Source: Dehalococcoidia bacterium
GTDB taxonomy: Bacteria; Chloroflexota; Dehalococcoidia; Lucifugimonadales; JADFKI01
Direction: 5' to 3'
DNA length: 64,000 nucleotides
NCBI GenBank assembly: GCA_965242555.1
Contig: CBDESO010000012.1
Location: 330,803 to 394,802, forward strand
Shown: positions 62,315 through 64,000 of the stretch, in pieces
Layout: each line of letters opens with the position of its first letter
Numbering within the stretch: position 1 is the first letter of the stretch
Made by a program: the position numbers and the translations under genes
Notes under the pieces: model-generated
Seen by the model: only the letters and a program-made list of their open reading frames with translations
Database searches by the model: none
What the model was told of the DNA's origin: nothing

Positions 62315-64000
62315 ATGCAAAAGACTGATTTTGTGGTTAGGTTTGCGGGCGAAGGCGGGCAGGGCATGGTTACCTCGTCCGAGGGGTTGGCGCAGGCGGC
62401 AAGCAATGAGGGCTACCATGTGCAAACCTTCGTTACCTTTCCCTCCCAAATTATGGGCGGCCCCACTATGGCGCAAACGCGCCTATCCACCAAGCACATC
62501 CTAAGCGCGGGCGACGACCTGGACGTGCTGGTGTGCTTTAACGAAGAGGCGTATCAGAACCACCGCGCCGAAGTGCGCGAGGGCGGCGTCATCATCTACA
62601 ACTCCGGCGACTTCGAGCCGGACGACGTAGCCAACAGCTTCGGCATGCCGTTCTCAGACCTCGCCAAGTCCACCGGCAACGCGCGCGCCGAGAATATGAT
62701 TGTGCTGGGCGCGCTGGCGCATCTGGTCAGCATGCCGCAAGAGATACTGGAAAACTTCGTGCGCGAGCGGTTCACGCGCGGACGCGCCAACGACGAGCAG
62801 ATCATCTCGTCCAACATAGAGGCGCTCTCGCTAGGCCGCCAAGAATCCGAAAAGAGCGGGTTCAGCCTCGGCGAACTCGCGCCGTCAATCACGCCGGAGG
62901 GCGACCAGATCCTCATAAACGGCAACGAGGCGATTTCGCTGGGCGCTTGCGCCGCGGGCATCAACTTCTATATCGGCTACCCCATATCGCCCGCCACATC
63001 CATCCTGCTTTGGATGGAGCGCAACCTCACCGGCAGCGGCAAGTTCGTGCATCAGGCAAGCTCAGAGATAGAGGCTATCAACGCTATCGTGGGCGCGGGC
63101 TTTGGCGGTTCAAAGTCTATGACCGCAACCGCCGGCCCCGGGCTTTCGCTTATGGGCGAGGGGCTTGGGCTGGCGTGGATGGCGGAAGTGCCGCTGGTTG
63201 TCGTGGACGTGCAGCGCGGCGGCCCATCCACCGGCTTGCCCACCAAGACCGAGCAGTCCGACCTGCTCGCCGCCCTTAATCCGGGACACGGCGATGTGAG
63301 CATGCCCATCATCGCGCCCGGCAGCGTGGAAGAGTGTTTCTACGCCTCCGTTATGGCGTTCAACTGGGCGGAGCGCTACCAAGGCCCCGTCATCCTGATG
63401 AGCGAGCATATGCTCTCTGAGCGCAAGCAGAACATCCGCAAGCCCAACCTGCGAACCCTAGAAGTGGAAGAGCGGGCAACCTATACCGGCAGCAACGGCT
63501 ACAACCGCTACGACGGCTGGGAGCTTTCGCCGATGCCGCTGCCCGGCGGCCCCGGCAGCTACATCGCCAACGGCAGCGAACACGACGGCATGGGCGACAC
63601 CACCCACCTGCCGGAGCGCCACATCCAAATGACCGAGCGCCGTTTCAGCAAGCTAAAGCTGCTTGAGAACGAAGAATACGAAGTCCGCGTCCCCGACGCG
63701 CCCGTAGTGCTAATGCCTTGGGGCGGATCCAAGGGGCCGGCGCAGGCGGCGTATGAGGAACTCACCGCCGACGGCGAAGAGCTGGGCTGGTACTACACTA
63801 TGTATCTCAACCCGCTGCCCAAAGACCTGGTGGAAGAGCTGCGCGAGAAAGATCTGGTGCTGGTTCCCGAACTCAACTACCTTGGGCAGTTCGCCAGCGT
63901 GCTGCGCTCGCAGGGCGTCAACGCGGAGGCTATCACCCAATACACGGGACTGCCGTTCAAAGTGAGAGACCTAGTCGGCCGGATAAGAGAGCGGCTTGAA
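62315..64000 (+). CDS. korA: 2-oxoacid:ferredoxin oxidoreductase alpha subunit (fused gamma-alpha type), 3'-truncated by the window end
   Basis: Absent from the ORF track because it has no stop in the window. ATG at 62315 follows AGGAGGGG. FAGEGGQGMVTSSEGLAQA (gamma-like), then GNEAISLGACAAGINFYIGYPISPAT and GGPSTGLPTKTEQSD. The frame is open through 64000 (562 codons). Confidence 0.88.
   Translation, partial: MQKTDFVVRFAGEGGQGMVTSSEGLAQAASNEGYHVQTFVTFPSQIMGGPTMAQTRLSTKHILSAGDDLDVLVCFNEEAYQNHRAEVREGGVIIYNSGDFEPDDVANSFGMPFSDLAKSTGNARAENMIVLGALAHLVSMPQEILENFVRERFTRGRANDEQIISSNIEALSLGRQESEKSGFSLGELAPSITPEGDQILINGNEAISLGACAAGINFYIGYPISPATSILLWMERNLTGSGKFVHQASSEIEAINAIVGAGFGGSKSMTATAGPGLSLMGEGLGLAWMAEVPLVVVDVQRGGPSTGLPTKTEQSDLLAALNPGHGDVSMPIIAPGSVEECFYASVMAFNWAERYQGPVILMSEHMLSERKQNIRKPNLRTLEVEERATYTGSNGYNRYDGWELSPMPLPGGPGSYIANGSEHDGMGDTTHLPERHIQMTERRFSKLKLLENEEYEVRVPDAPVVLMPWGGSKGPAQAAYEELTADGEELGWYYTMYLNPLPKDLVEELREKDLVLVPELNYLGQFASVLRSQGVNAEAITQYTGLPFKVRDLVGRIRERLE

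Overview
High-GC bacterial chromosome segment. The 16S sequence and gene content (many acyl-CoA dehydrogenases, a CaiB-type CoA-transferase, SDR and MFS genes) suggest Chloroflexota, possibly Dehalococcoidia/SAR202-like; this is a tentative call. I can support about 50 CDS, one 16S rRNA, two tRNAs (Ala-UGC, Asn-GUU), several tandem repeats and a four-copy AT-rich palindromic element. From left to right: a phage packaging-gene remnant (HNH, portal, TerL); duplicated small membrane proteins; ugd; a low-GC three-gene islet with an orphan ParA-type ATPase; a 16S-tRNA-Ala unit with no 23S; housekeeping and catabolic genes (lhgO, rnd, pyrG, rho, an FMN hydroxy-acid oxidase, a CoA-transferase, a rhomboid protease); three paralogous RCC1-propeller/PQQ-sugar-dehydrogenase lipoproteins; a GT39-like glycosyltransferase with a triplicated C-terminal module; and a plant-type LRR surface protein. 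After about 46 kb come a fused HEPN-MNT gene, an ABC operon with two ATPases and two ~1,200-aa FtsX-type permeases, an acyl-CoA dehydrogenase cluster and a partial korA. The most notable observations are four. (1) A two-domain rhodanese has its only in-frame stop, a UGA, exactly at the catalytic-cysteine position, followed by a SECIS-like hairpin, so it is a candidate selenoprotein. (2) Most of 1..46,05x shows an extreme strand asymmetry independent of gene orientation (plus strand C/A-rich); it ends abruptly at the convergent junction near 46.05 kb and is interrupted by discrete unskewed patches that coincide with the accessory-looking genes. (3) A conserved 36-38 bp AT-rich dyad element occurs four times in one orientation, and two copies bracket one unknown gene. 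(4) The double giant-permease ABC operon has a fused HEPN-MNT gene at its 3' end. Most long plus- or minus-strand P/R/A-rich ORFs in the supplied track are antisense or alternative-frame shadows typical of high-GC DNA and were not called.
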